Positions 41,730 to 54,277 of a DNA stretch of 64,000 nucleotides are shown here, piece by piece. This DNA is from Octopus vulgaris (taxonomy: Eukaryota). How positions within the stretch are numbered: the first letter of the stretch is position 1; the number at the start of each line of letters is the position of its first letter. The notes beneath the pieces are model-generated. The model worked only from the letters and a program-made list of their open reading frames with translations, ran no database searches and was not told the origin of the DNA. Location: positions 46,810,001 to 46,874,000 of the forward strand of contig OX597830.1 in assembly GCA_951406725.2 (NCBI GenBank), written 5' to 3'. The position numbers and the translations under genes were made by a program.

Positions 41730-41969
41730 CTATATATATATGTATATATGCACATATACTTATTCATCTATCAATATATGTATATGTGTATATATATGCA
41801 GACACACACACACACACACATATATATGAACAAACTTGTATTTGTTTTTATTAGAAGCGTATCAGAAGTACAAAACCAACAAAGAGGCGATATATTTTCG
41901 AACGCAGTTTTGCCGTTAGAACAGCAGAAATAGTGGGTAAATTACCCTTACAGGGCGGGGAAAGTAGTC

Positions 41970-42044
41970 AAAAAGCAGCCATGGGATTCGAACCCACATC
42001 CCCCAACACTCCAACTGAGTGTTTTACCATTAAGCTAAACTACC
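41970..42044 (-). ncRNA. tRNA-like Pol III cassette (A box, B box, T5 terminator) with non-canonical anticodon arm; probably repeat-borne
   Basis: GGTAGTTTAGCTTAATGGTAAAACACTCAGTTGGAGTGTTGGGGGATGTGGGTTCGAATCCCATGGCTGC-TTTTT; intact T arm GTGGG/TTCGAAT/CCCAT; G-U-rich acceptor stem. Confidence 0.6.
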
Positions 42045-42102
42045 CGCTGACAATTTCATCCGCCGATTTAGACGCTAAATAGCTTGTTGAACAACCATGT
42101 AT

Positions 42103-42149
<47 letters not shown>

Positions 42150-42169
42150 AACTCACAGGTCTGTTTCAT

Positions 42170-42545
42170 TTTGAAAAATACAAAAAAATTATTTTATGGT
42201 TTAAAATTCTATATAATTTGTCTGTCTACATGTCTGTTGTTTATGTTTATGTATACATGTGAGACGTGGACGATGATGGCAAAAACATCATATTAAATTA
42301 GATGTTTCCCACGTATGATGTTTGTGAAAGATCCTCGGTTTAACAAAACCACAAACCGTAAGAGCGAGGGGTTACTGAAAAGAAGGAAAGATTGGTAGAC
42401 CATTGCAATCAAGAGAAATGGGAATATCAGTGGATAATTCTGAAAGTAAAGTAGGGGAATGGAGCAAAGGCATCCGTAAAAGAAAGAACTGAGGCCAAGA
42501 AAGACTGGACGAAATCAATTGAAAGAGGAATGATGGCGGTTGAAG
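42170..42545 (+). pseudogene. Degraded RTE-clade LINE C-terminal remnant
   Basis: FMYTCETWTM...KLDVSH..CL.KILGL and RPRKTW resemble the RTE motifs LLYGCETW...LDAFH..CLRKILGI...GRPRKTW. Confidence 0.55.
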
Positions 42546-42625
42546 GGTGACGGTAAAATTATGGAGAGATTGAAGGAGGAACTAAAGTTATTATCAGTGC
42601 AATTAATACGATTTTACAGGCGAGA

Positions 42626-42673
<48 letters not shown>

Positions 42674-42726
42674 AAAGAAGTGAATGTTATTTTGTTACAT
42701 GTTTTGTATAGCATGTCATCTATGGA

Positions 42727-42757
<31 letters not shown>

Positions 42758-42890
42758 CTTCTTCTTCTTCTTCTTCTTCTTCTTCTCCTCCTCCTCCTCC
42801 TTCTCCTCCTCCTCCTCCTTCTCCTCCTCCTCCTCCTCCTCCTCCTCCTCCTCCTCTTCCTCCTCCTCCTTCTTCTCCCCCTCCTCCTTC
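42727..42890. repeat. (CTT)n(CCT)n polypyrimidine microsatellite
   Basis: Direct inspection. Confidence 0.95.
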
Positions 42891-43555
42891 TTCTCATCTG
42901 CATTCTTTCTTTGTCGTTCATCTTGCTTCCCCCTTCCCTCCCCATCTTCCTCCCCCTCCACTTCTTCATCTCTGAGTCAATGCGGTCTCCATCGTCGTCG
43001 TCCTCGTCATCGTCTTCTAATTTTCTTTATTATTAATATAATAATAGGAAATAGTTTCGTGTTTTTATATTTTCACTAAATTTCAGAGAATTGTTTGGGA
43101 AAAGAAAGAAAGCAAAAAAAAAACAATAAAAAAAACAGATTGAAACCCGGTGCGAGTCGATTGTTGAGCGGGTCATGGAGGGACTCCACGAATCTAGATT
43201 TGATGCAGTTTATTGATATCTCTATTCCCCACCACAAGCATTCAATACAATAACACGCACGCACACACACACACACACACACACATGCACACACACACAC
43301 ACACACACACATGCACACACAGATTTGTATATTTGATATACATCCTCAGAACAAACATTTACGCATTATAAACCAAACAAATCCGTTGGCAGGATTATAT
43401 ATTTGTATTCACTTACACACACATATATGTATATACGTATATACACACACTCACACACACACACATACAAATTACATATATATATATATCTTCATAGTCA
43501 CGTATTCTGTATTTTTGTTCGTGTACTTCGTTCGTTTTCCGTCCTCGTGTTGTAT

Positions 43556-43702
43556 ACATTCGAAGCTTTCTTCCAGGGGATCTAATGCACTTGGCTTAGA
43601 TTTCCCGTGGCGGGCTGCCCATATCGGAGCAATCTCAAGATTAATCAGCCGAAATTGCTAAGATGATCTGGTTCTTGACTGATGACTGAGGGCTTCGAAT
43701 GT
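43556..43702 (+). ncRNA. Candidate non-circularly permuted (pseudoknotted) hammerhead ribozyme, copy 1; predicted cleavage after C43634
   Basis: AGCAAT-C-TCAAGA (43628-43640), CAGCC-GAA-ATTGCT (43646-43659), TCTTGA-CTGATGA (43673-43685); helices I and III are perfect 6-bp and covary in the 36167-36385 copy. Confidence 0.7.
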
Positions 43703-44331
43703 CCCGTCCTGTGGTTCTTGTGTCGTCTCTGTGGCGTTTCATGTTCTTGTCCATGTCTGTAATTATTTTTACTGTTTACCTATATAATCGGCGGCTACGT
43801 ATCCACAATTGTCCCTATACGATAAGTATATTTTTTTCTCAAGCATTGATACGACTCTTAATCTTTCTTTCTCTCTCTCTCTCCTCCCTTATTCCCCCTC
43901 CTTTCTTTCCCTCTCCATCCGTTTCCCCCTTCTACGTTTCTCTATCTCTCTCACCTCCAGCCCCCTCGATCTGTCTCTTTCTTCTCCTCCCTCGTCCACC
44001 TTCTCTCTCTTTTCATCTGTCCCTTTCTCTTGTCTTTTGTTCTCACGTGACCGCTGACCGCTGTTGAGCGCTCTTTTCGTTCCAGCAGCCGTTGAAGCAA
44101 CACGTACTTGTTCGTCTCCCTGTGGCCATTAGGCACAACTTCATAAGCCAGCCCCATGCTCAATTCGTCCTGTCGAAAGACCCTTGTCCTACGTCCTGGT
44201 TTTGTTTTGTTGTTTATTTTTTATACTTTATTTTTACCGTTATTGTTTTTACGTTTTTGTATTCTTATTGTTGTCACGTATTCTGTATTTTTGTTCGTGT
44301 ACTTCGTTCGTTTTCCGTCCTCGTGTTGTAT

Positions 44332-44478
44332 ACATTCGAAGCTTTCTTCCAGGGGATCTAATGCACTTGGCTTAGATTTCCCGTGGCGGGCTGCCCATAT
44401 CGGAGCAATCTCAAGATTAATCAGCCGAAATTGCTAAGATGATCTGGTTCTTGACTGATGACTGAGGGCTTCGAATGT
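44332..44478 (+). ncRNA. Candidate non-circularly permuted hammerhead ribozyme, copy 2; predicted cleavage after C44410
   Basis: Identical to 43556-43702. Confidence 0.7.
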
Positions 44479-44554
44479 CCCGTCCTGTGGTTCTTGTGTC
44501 GTCTCTGTGGCGTTTCATGTTCTTGTCCATGTCTGTAATTATTTTTACTGTTTA

Positions 44555-44607
<53 letters not shown>

Positions 44608-44621
44608 GTTACATATATATA

Positions 44622-45050
44622 TACTCTTTACTCTTTTACTCTTTTACTTGTTTCAGTCATTTGACTGTGGCCATGCTGGAGCACCGCCTTTAGTCGAGCA
44701 AATCGACCCCGGGACTTATTCTTTGTAAGCCCAGTACTTATTCTTTGTAAGCCCAGTACTTATTCTATCGCTCTCTTTTTGCCGAACCGCTAAGTGACGG
44801 GGACGTAAACACACCAGCATCGGTTGTCAAGCAATGCGAGGGGGACAAACACAGACACACAAACATATACACACACACTTATATATATATATACATATAT
44901 ACGACAGGCTTCTTTCAGTTTCTGTCTGCCAAATCCACTCACAAGGCATTGGTCGGCCCGGGGCTATAGCAGAAGACACTTGCCCAAGATGCCACGCAGT
45001 GGGACTGAACCCGGAACCATGTGGTTGGTAAGCAAGCTATTTACCATACA
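44622..45050 (-). mobile_element. Near full-length SINE family B with a 22-bp internal tandem duplication
   Basis: Highly similar to 653-1077; CTTTGTAAGCCCAGTACTTATT occurs twice. Confidence 0.9.
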
Positions 45051-45865
45051 ATATATGTGTGTGTGCATATACATACAAATATATTTATATATATACGTAC
45101 ACACACACACACAGATGTGTGCGTTGTTTTATTCATTTCGTAGTTTCAGGTCTTTGGATCGCAGCCACGTTGAGGCCCCGCGTCGATGGTCGATTACATC
45201 GACCCAGTATTTATGAATGTATTTATGAATGGCGATATTTACCGTTGGGTGTGAAAGGAGGTTAATAGATGCAAGTCAGTGACTAAATACCACAAGGTAT
45301 TTTTGTTCGATGCACCGGATTCGCACAAAAATAATAAGTAAATGGTTTTTCGTCAGCTTCGACGCCGAGTATTCAGTTACAAAGTCAATTAAGGATCATT
45401 CAACCAGCGTGTCAACGGCCGAGTATTCCAAGAAGCACCTTTAAAGCAGTTGTCACGCAGAATCAGTGTGATACTATATGGTAAAGCGGAAATTTCCAAT
45501 TACAGATACAGTCCGGCTAACGGTCTTCCCCACAGTTTCCATCCATTTTCACTCACAGACACTGGGACGATGCGAGGCTGTAATAAGTGACCCTATCTCA
45601 AGATGCCGTGCTGTGTACCGTTCATTGATTTTCATTGATAGGTTATTGATGAGCGAAAGGCTGCCAGAGAAAACGATTGTTCAAAGTGGTGCCTAATGAA
45701 ATCGATCCCGTAAACACACGATTGGGAATCAAACTATTTAAACACATACCTATAAACATTCAAACCATTTGGCAAAATAATGGAAATATGAAGACGCAGA
45801 CGTAAATGGCCGACATACACTTACATACGCTCATACAGACAGACATAAAAGAGCGTACGGGAGTG

Positions 45866-45925
<60 letters not shown>

Positions 45926-46024
45926 CACACAATATATATATATATAAACATATATACATACACATACAAACACTGACACATATAGGTATATATATGTGAG
46001 TGTGTGTACGTGCATGTGTGTGTG

Positions 46025-46071
<47 letters not shown>

Positions 46072-48016
46072 ATATATATATATATACACACACATATATA
46101 TATATATATGTAGATCTTTGTATATATGTATACATATACATACACATACACTCGTCCTCTCTGTACGTTATTGACCAAACAAATATCTCTGCAGAAATAC
46201 TGGAAACAGTTTAAACAGCCCCAACTATGTTAAAAACAAATATTTTTTTGTTTGATTGTTTGCATTTATTGACTCAGTTATCGTCCAACGCACTACTTTT
46301 GTATTCATATTAAAAACCAATTCCTACAACACGTCCAACGCGATTAAGATTATATGTCTGTACATTGTCTATTATAGAATTCTTAAATGTTTTCTCTTAG
46401 AGACAAGTGGTTGTTGATATGACAGAGATATACAAACACTTCCCTTGCCACTCACATTTTTTTCCTTTTCAATTATATTCTTGATACGCTAACAGCAATG
46501 TCTTTATAGAAGATTCTGAATGGTCACAGCAGCTTGTCTATTCCCACCTTTCCCATTTCTAAGCTCAAGAGTTTCTAATTACAAGTGTTTTACAGCTTGC
46601 ACTAATCCTGCTACGAATGTCGCTTGGTGATGGACAAGTGCCGCCTACGCGAACCAATGTGAAGGCCTTCTCTTCAATTGCTCAGTCTGCTAGAAAACGC
46701 AGCATTTTTTTTTTTCACATTAAACTCTTTTTGCCTTAAATGTAAAGGATACTTTTCTCAATGTAACCCTTTGGTCTACAGAAGAGTTCGCTTCAGAGAT
46801 TTTGACACCTTCAAATTCCTAACAGCTGCTTAGAAGATTCCATAGAAATGCCTCTCAGAAGAAAAGAGAGACTGAAAGATATGATAGCTCTTCAGTGTTG
46901 CCTGGGTATCTGCAGTAGAAATGAATACCTTTAATAAATATTTAAATACATTTTATGGGGTCTGAGGTGAACTGGCTGAGATGTCCTTATTTTCTGATGA
47001 CGCTCCATGCGATTTTAGGATTGCTGGACTAGAAAACGACAATAAAAATTTGGAGGAGAAGCGTCAAAAGTAAAATAAATAAAAGAAAGAAGAAATAAAA
47101 GAAAGGTGATGCCAAGGAATGGTTTCCGCAAAGCTGAGGATAACTGACAGGAAGTGTAGCCTCGGGGTCAGGCTCGTTAGATGAAGTCATATTTTGGTGG
47201 TTGTGCTTGTGTTTTCCCCAAAACAGGCGATAATTACAATATAGTCAGAGAAAAAAAGTGACAATGAAGCCCCTAGACTTCAATTTGCTATCGAAAGTTT
47301 TGGTTATATCACATTTCTGTAGAAGATTTTACACATGCGATTATACCCCCAAAAATCATTAAAACATAACCTTCTAATGAGACGTGAGCATGCTGCTAAA
47401 ACAATATACAATGCTGTTCGCATAGAATCCTAAATATATTTCCGTTGTTGGATATATGCATTTCAACATGAGAAATATTTCTGGAACATTCCCAAGAAAA
47501 CTTCTGCCAAATATAAATATAAAAGGTCGGATTTATTTCCAGGACAGAAAAGAACAACAAAGATACACAGCTGAATATGTCAGCTGCGTTATATATGTAA
47601 ACATTGCTCACACCAGCAAAAAAAAAAAAGAATATTTACGGGATCTGCTTCTAAACGCATAGAGTCGCCAATCACAATATAGATTCATATTTATAAATGA
47701 AATTCTGCTGATTTTGGCAAAGTCAGTGGGTAGAAATATTGAAAAAGTCGTGCGTTTCAGAAAGGTAAAAGGATCAGCTGGCAGCCATTTGCAAATACAA
47801 TCTGCAAAGCAAGAGTAAAAATATGCAAGGCTTTTTAAACTCTTCACCGTTGTTCTTATTTCACCTCTAGAGATGGAGGTATGTTTCTTTGTTAGAGATC
47901 ATCATCATTTTGAAAATAATTCAAATCATTAAAAACAAAACGATCGATAAATATATACATATATACGCATATACACAAATGCATACATGCCTACATAAAT
48001 ATGCATGTGTGTATGT

Positions 48017-48880
48017 CATTATTCAGTTTTATTTCAAGATTTCTTGCCAATAGAGAAAGAGCCTAGATTCAAGGCTCCTTCATTGGAATTTCAACATCAA
48101 CAAGGTATTTTAGTATGTATGTATATATACATGTGCAGAATTGTATGTTCTATGTATGTATTCTCATGCATATAGTTGCATATCTAGACATGCTCATATA
48201 TAGTTAAATGATAAGCCTCTGGAAAGTTTTACAGATTTTTACAGTTCCAGTGTTGGATTGGATCTGTAGCCTTCGAATTAGCTTTCTTCTTTCTGCTTTT
48301 GAGAAGCCTAATTTCTCAATATTGGTATTTAAACAGTGTTACATATTCCGGAGCCCCAATAATTGCAGGTATAAATCTGAACTTGTAATCCGAATAGAGC
48401 AACTGCAGATTTCTCAATAATTCGGCGTAGGTGTTCCCTTTTCCAATGATCTTTATGTTAATATCCGATGGGCATCTAATTTCCACGACTCTGCAACGTT
48501 TCTCTTCTCAAACCCAAACCATTTGATCAGGTCTGTTGTGTTTACCTTTTCTTGAGGTCTTCACTGGGACAATCCACCAGTACTCCTTTTCATTACGAAT
48601 GACTATGGCTTCTACCATACTATGGGTTCTTATTTCTTTGTCCTCGGGATTATGCTTCAGACGGATTTCATTATAGAGTGTCCTAGCTACAATATCATAT
48701 GTCATCGATGGATAATACCGGGATGACATTTGACATTTTCGGACAACTGCTTATGTTGTGCGTGATATCTTCGGTGTTAACACCACAAAGTCTGCATCGG
48801 TTGTCACATTTTACTGCTTTCCCCTTTTGTGCATCAGGTATTTGGTTGATATTTCCAATTCCTGGATTGCTGATGCAGGC
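48017..48880 (-). mobile_element. 5'-truncated R4/Dong-like RLE LINE ((ATAC)n-associated family): CCHC knuckle, REL endonuclease, 3' UTR
   Basis: Minus-strand CRLCGVNTEDITHNISSC, YDIVARTLY, KHNRPDQMVW..EEKRCRVVEIRCP, RKLIRRLQIQS..GTVKICKTF; inactivated by stops and frameshifts. Confidence 0.85.
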
Positions 48881-49013
48881 CCATGGGAGGTAGTATTTTC
48901 AATCTAATGAAACATTCACGTATGTGGCTTGTATAATGCTCCTATCTCCGATACATGTCATCATCCTCATCATCCTCATCATCCTCATCTCCTCCTCCTC
49001 CCCCTCCCCATCC

Positions 49014-49044
<31 letters not shown>

Positions 49045-49782
49045 CTTCTTCTTCTTCTTCTTCTTCTTCTTCTTCTTCTTTCCTCCACTTCTCACTTTCT
49101 CTTCCTTTCTCTCACTCTCTCTCCCTTTCTCACTCTCTCTCTACATCTCATTCTTTTCGTTAACTTGTTCTTAAAAATTTAATACATGTTTTCTTTCAAA
49201 ATTATTTCTCTCTCTCTCAAACACGCACACACACACTTACACAAACACACGCACAGACACACATACACTCGGCGGGTGTGTGTGTGAACAAACTTTTTGT
49301 CTCTTTTCTCTCTCATGCACATATACGTACACACACATAAAGATACTCTTTTTTTCTCTCGCTCACATAAGCATACACTTTCTATCTCCTTTTTGCCCCC
49401 CCCCCCCTACACATGTACACCATCAATTATTTTTCTTGTAGTTTTTACACTTTCCCCCTTTATTTCTGAACAAAATGCTTAATCACAAGTCGACCGGTAT
49501 CATTGGTAGCTGAGACTCCATTTTGAATTCAACCGGAAGCCAAGTATGAGCAAAAGGAAAGATTCTATATCAAGCCAGCTATGGAACGTCCATTTAGACT
49601 GTGTGGCAATTATTTCTGGAGGAATCACTTACAAGCGTTTCCTAGTTTCATTGCTTCATCTTTTACACTTCAGTAATTTTATTAATGTGGCGACTAAGAG
49701 ACTGAAAAGCAATTTCTGTTCGGTTCTGTTGGCATATCAAGCGTCAGTTACAACAACACCATCTTTACAATGTTAAGACTAA

Positions 49783-49820
<38 letters not shown>

Positions 49821-49824
<4 letters not shown>

Positions 49825-50103
49825 GTGCAGAATATGTGGTGATGGGAAAGAAACAATAAATCATATTGTCTCTGGCTGCCCAGATAGAGAAATCAAGGCT
49901 AATTGCCGGATATAGTTGTCAGAGATCGATGTATCAATATTAACAAATGACAATGTATTTCTAAAAGAAACAGAGAGACCCATGAAATACGAAGATCTGG
50001 AAATAGAGATAATCCGAATGTGGATCCTAAAAACGGAAACAATCCTTATAGTAATAGGTGCATTAGGTGTAATTAAAAACATTCTGACAAATACATAAGT
50101 AAA
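49821..50103 (+). mobile_element. Internally deleted R4/Dong-like LINE fragment after (CAA)n
   Basis: CRICGDGKETINHIVSGCP and IDVSILTNDNVFLKE..KYEDLEIEIIRMW..IVIGALG; homologous to 52975-53460. Confidence 0.8.
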
Positions 50104-50856
50104 CCATCAGCATGAGTGTGCGATTTATATTCGTGTAATACGTGTGCTTACCTTAACGTACGAATCTATGGAAGCCTGTCTGTCCGCATGTTACACTGAC
50201 ACACATGCACGTATTGCATATTTTTCCTTATCGTAGATTTCCATTTTGATTTAACAAGACAGCAGTCGGACACTGAGTGATTTTAGTGACAAAGCTTATT
50301 CCGGCGGACAATCATTAAGACGGGATAAAAGCTGAAATTCTGAGATGTTTCGCATATTTTGACATTCTTCCTGACAGATTGAAGCTGTAACGGTGTAAAT
50401 CAATCGATACAACTCAATCTACGTAAAATCCAACATTTCAAAATTGGCAACACCTTCCTATAATCTAGCTGCCTACACAAGTAACGATTTTACCCATTAT
50501 TCATTTATTTATTTATCTATTTATTTATCTAGTTATTTATCTCATATCATAAATAGTGAACAATAGCGTCGTTATTTATAGGTTTACCAGACGATCACTA
50601 GTATATTGCATTTCAGTATAGCGAAGGTAACAAGGGACCAAATATCATAAAGGAGTTCATTTTCTGTTACCTCAGCCCATCCTACATCCGCTGGGGTCAA
50701 TTTAATCTCTCCCTTAAACTTACTGATGTTGTGCCAACCACACCGTTTTGGACCCGTCACACTTAAATGACTACGAGTGATAACTTCCATAAGAGCTGTA
50801 TCAATTTATCCATGGTTGGCAAGCGTGGAGTGGTTCCTCGTCAGACACTCTAAACA

Positions 50857-52597
50857 TACTCTCGCCACTCCTTTTCTGCTTGGCACTGACACCTTTACCA
50901 GTCTTGCTAAACAGAACTGGATGTGGATACAACTGTTACGGCAAAACAATCAACCATCACTTGTATACAGATGGTTTAAAACTACGCTACAAATGATAAA
51001 CAGCTGGAAACATTACTACAGATAGATCATGGATTTACCAAAGAAATAAACATGGAATTTGGCTTAGAAAAGTGTGCCAAAGCAGAAGAGGAAAGCTAGT
51101 TAGGAGTAGCGACATCACACTAGATACAGCAAATGAAATAAGAGAAGTAGACCAAAGCGAGGCCTACAAATACTTAAGAATCAATGAACTAGATACGTTA
51201 CAACACACACAAATGAAAGAGAAAATAAGAAAGAATACTATAGACATGTTAGATTAATACAGAAAACAGAGCTCAATGCGAAAACAAGATAATAGATATC
51301 AACACTCTAGCCGTCTCAGTTATAAGTTACAGCTACAATATTCTGAGCTGGATTCTAAACTAATCAAAATAGACAGGGAAACAAGAAAATTAATGACAGG
51401 ATTTAGGATGAGCCACCAAAAAATGCCATAGAAAAGCTATGTATACAAGGTGTCGAAGGTGGTAGACATCTTATACAGCTAGAAAACTATTACAAAACAA
51501 CCACCATAGCACAACAAAAACACTTCAGAAGCGGGAAAAACTAATACAAATAGCCACAAAACACGAACAAAACAAAAAACTGTTTTCTGTCTTTAAGGAA
51601 GCTGACAAATACAAAAAAAAAAGTCATTAGTACCTAACAACTATGAAGAAAAAGAAGCAACAACAAAAGCTGTAAAACAACTGAAATCCAAACTAAAACT
51701 GGAACAGCAATGGGTCATAATAAAATGATGGCAAGAAAATCCACCCCCGTCATGGCAAATACTGGGTTAAACTGAACAGAAAAAGAAAATAGATAAAGCA
51801 AAATCCCAACAATGGTTGAGAAGCTGAGGACTCAAAGCAGAGACTGAAGGATTTTTAATTACAGCACAAGATCAAAGCCTTCGCACCAGAATTCACCAAA
51901 AACATGTAAAGAAAAGAAATACAAGTAACTGCAGAATATGTGGTGATGGAGAAGAAACAATAAATCATATGGTCTCTGGCTGCCCAATCCTGGATAAGAA
52001 AGAATATATTCACAGACATGACAGGATTGGGACCTACATACACTGGAAGCTGTGCGAACACTATGGAATAACAACAGAAAAAAGATGGTATAGGCACACA
52101 CCAGAAGAGGTCACAGAAAATGAGAAAGCAATCATACTAAGGGATATGCCAATACAAACAGATAGAGAAATCAAGGCTAATATGCCGGATATATTTGTCA
52201 GAGATCACGAGGAAATAAAAATGCTTTCTAATCGATCTGTCAATACCAACAGATGACAACGTTTCTCTAAAAGAAATGGAGAAACTTTCAAAATGCAATG
52301 ATCTGGAAATACAGGTAACTCGAACGTGGAGCCTAAAAACAGAAACAATTTCTATCATAGTAGGCGCTTTAGGTATGCTAAAAAATGTTCAGAAAAATAC
52401 ATAACAAAAACATCAGGACTTACAAGTATATATAACATAGAAAAAATAGCACCACTAGGCACCGCACACATCCTATATAAAATGCTTTTTTCAATACAGT
52501 AAAAATGAGAGCATCACAACAAACCACAGCACATACCCAAGGCACACAGAGCTGCGCTCGGTAGTGAAGTGAAAGCACGTGATAACAATAAGACTAC
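50857..52597 (+). mobile_element. 5'-truncated, degraded R4/Dong-like RLE LINE (RT C-terminal half, CCHC, REL endonuclease, 3' UTR)
   Basis: LSPLLFCLALTP, degenerate YMDD (LYTDG), INMEFGLEKCA, YKYL, CRICGDGEETINHMVSGC, RHDR; many frameshifts; ends in (TAA)n. Confidence 0.88.
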
Positions 52598-52599
52598 TA

Positions 52600-52640
<41 letters not shown>

Positions 52641-52660
52641 TAATATTAATAATAATAATA

Positions 52661-53642
52661 AACAAGAAATCATATCACCTAATAAATATGAAGAAGAAGA
52701 AGATGAAGAAACAACAAAAGCTATAAAACAAATGAAATCCAAACTAAAACTAGAACAGCAAAGAACCATGATAAAACGATGGCAAGAAAAGCCCCTTCAT
52801 GGTAAATACTGAACTAAACTAAATGCAAAAGAAATAGACAAAGAAAAATCCCAGCAATGGTTGAGAAGCTCAGGACTCAAAGCAGAGACAGAGGGATTTT
52901 TAATTGCAGCACAAGACCAAAGCCTCCCCACCAGAAATTACCAAAAACATGTAATGAAAAGAAATATAACAAGTAACTGCAAAATATGTGGAGATAGACA
53001 AGAAACAATAAATCATATTATCTCTGGCTGCCCAGTCCTGGCTAAGAAGGAATATATTCACAGACATGACAGAGTTGGAACCTACATACACTGGAAGCTA
53101 TGCCAACATTATGGAATAACAACAGAAAAAAGATGGTATAGGCATACACCAGAAAAGGTCACAGAAAACGAGAAAGCAACCGTACTCTGGGATATGCCGA
53201 TACACAAAGATAGAGAAATTAAGGCCAACAGACCAGATATAGTTGTCAGAGATCATGAAGAAAAAAATGCTTTCTAATTGATGTATCAATACCGGCAGAT
53301 GACAACGTGTCTCTAAAAGAAATGGAAAAACTTTCAAAATACAAAGACTTGGAAATAGAGGTAACCAGAATGTGGAATCTAAAAACAGAAACAATTCCTA
53401 TCATAGTAGGTGCATTAGGCATGATAAAAAATATTCAGACAAATACATAACAAAAACACCAGGACTTACAAACACATATAACATACAGAGAATTGCACTA
53501 CTAGGCACTGCACACATCCTACGCAGAACACTTTCCATACAATAACCATCAGAGCATCACAACAAATCACAGCACATACCCAAGGCACACAGAGCTGCGC
53601 TCGGTAGTGAAGTGAAAGCACGCTATAAAAATAAAACTACTG
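52661..53642 (+). mobile_element. Younger 5'-truncated R4/Dong-like RLE LINE, head-to-tail behind the previous copy within (TAA)n
   Basis: WLRSSGLKAETEGFLIAAQDQSLPTRNY, CKICGDRQETINHIISGC, RHDRV, RPDIVV..(frameshift)..IDVSIP..KEMEKLSKYKDL..IIVGALG..LLGTAHILRRTL; (TAA)n at 52598-52660 and 53643-53662. Confidence 0.92.
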
Positions 53643-54246
53643 AATAATAATAATAATAATAACCACAAGATCAGCAACGATAGCGATAGAGACAGCAACG
53701 AGTTCCTTTCCCTTCATAACTTCCAAATACCAATTGATCAATTTAACGAGTGATTTCTTTTAGTTGGTACCCTGCAGCTGCTGCTACTGCCGCCGTCGCT
53801 GCTGCTGTTGTTGTTTAGCACCAAGCCAACTCCGATCGATCACACCCACAATCGAGTGTTCCATTCGTGACCATCCCATATCAACAATGAGTATTATTTC
53901 TTTAAGACAGTAGAGAGTGATTTCACAGCGATTTGGCAGCCATTTGCGGCAGGGCCAGCGATCGCAATAAACATCTTCGTTGTTGCAAGATATAGGATAG
54001 CACTAAACGGACAGGGAAAGCGATAATGAAGGTAGAGTAGGGGCTGTGATGTCTAAACCCTTCGTCTGATGCCTGGTGGTTTTCTAAGTTATCCCAAAAT
54101 ACAGCACGTGATTGGCCCCCAAGCCGAAACGAAACGGCGTAGTAGTTTTGTCTCAACGGAATCTTACCGTTTCTCTCAGTTTACTCCAGATTCCAGAACA
54201 GAAAGTCGAAACAAATAATTATGTATTTCCAGACGAGAGTAAAAAA

Positions 54247-54277
<31 letters not shown>

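Larger units (their letters stand above)
43497..44562 (+). mobile_element. Young Penelope-like partial tandem: two identical 290-bp direct repeats (43497-43786, 44273-44562) around a CT-rich spacer, ending in (TA)n
   Basis: Repeats identical by eye, offset 776; truncated-copy plus longer-copy layout typical of Penelope pLTRs; each repeat carries hammerhead core motifs. Confidence 0.8.

Noticed and set aside
41974-42044. Functional decoding tRNA gene
   Set aside because: The anticodon stem has two mismatches, the D stem one, and the acceptor is mostly G-U; kept only as tRNA-like.
52861-53277. 138-aa ORF as an intact gene
   Set aside because: Fragment of a 5'-truncated R4/Dong-like LINE with an upstream stop and a downstream frameshift.
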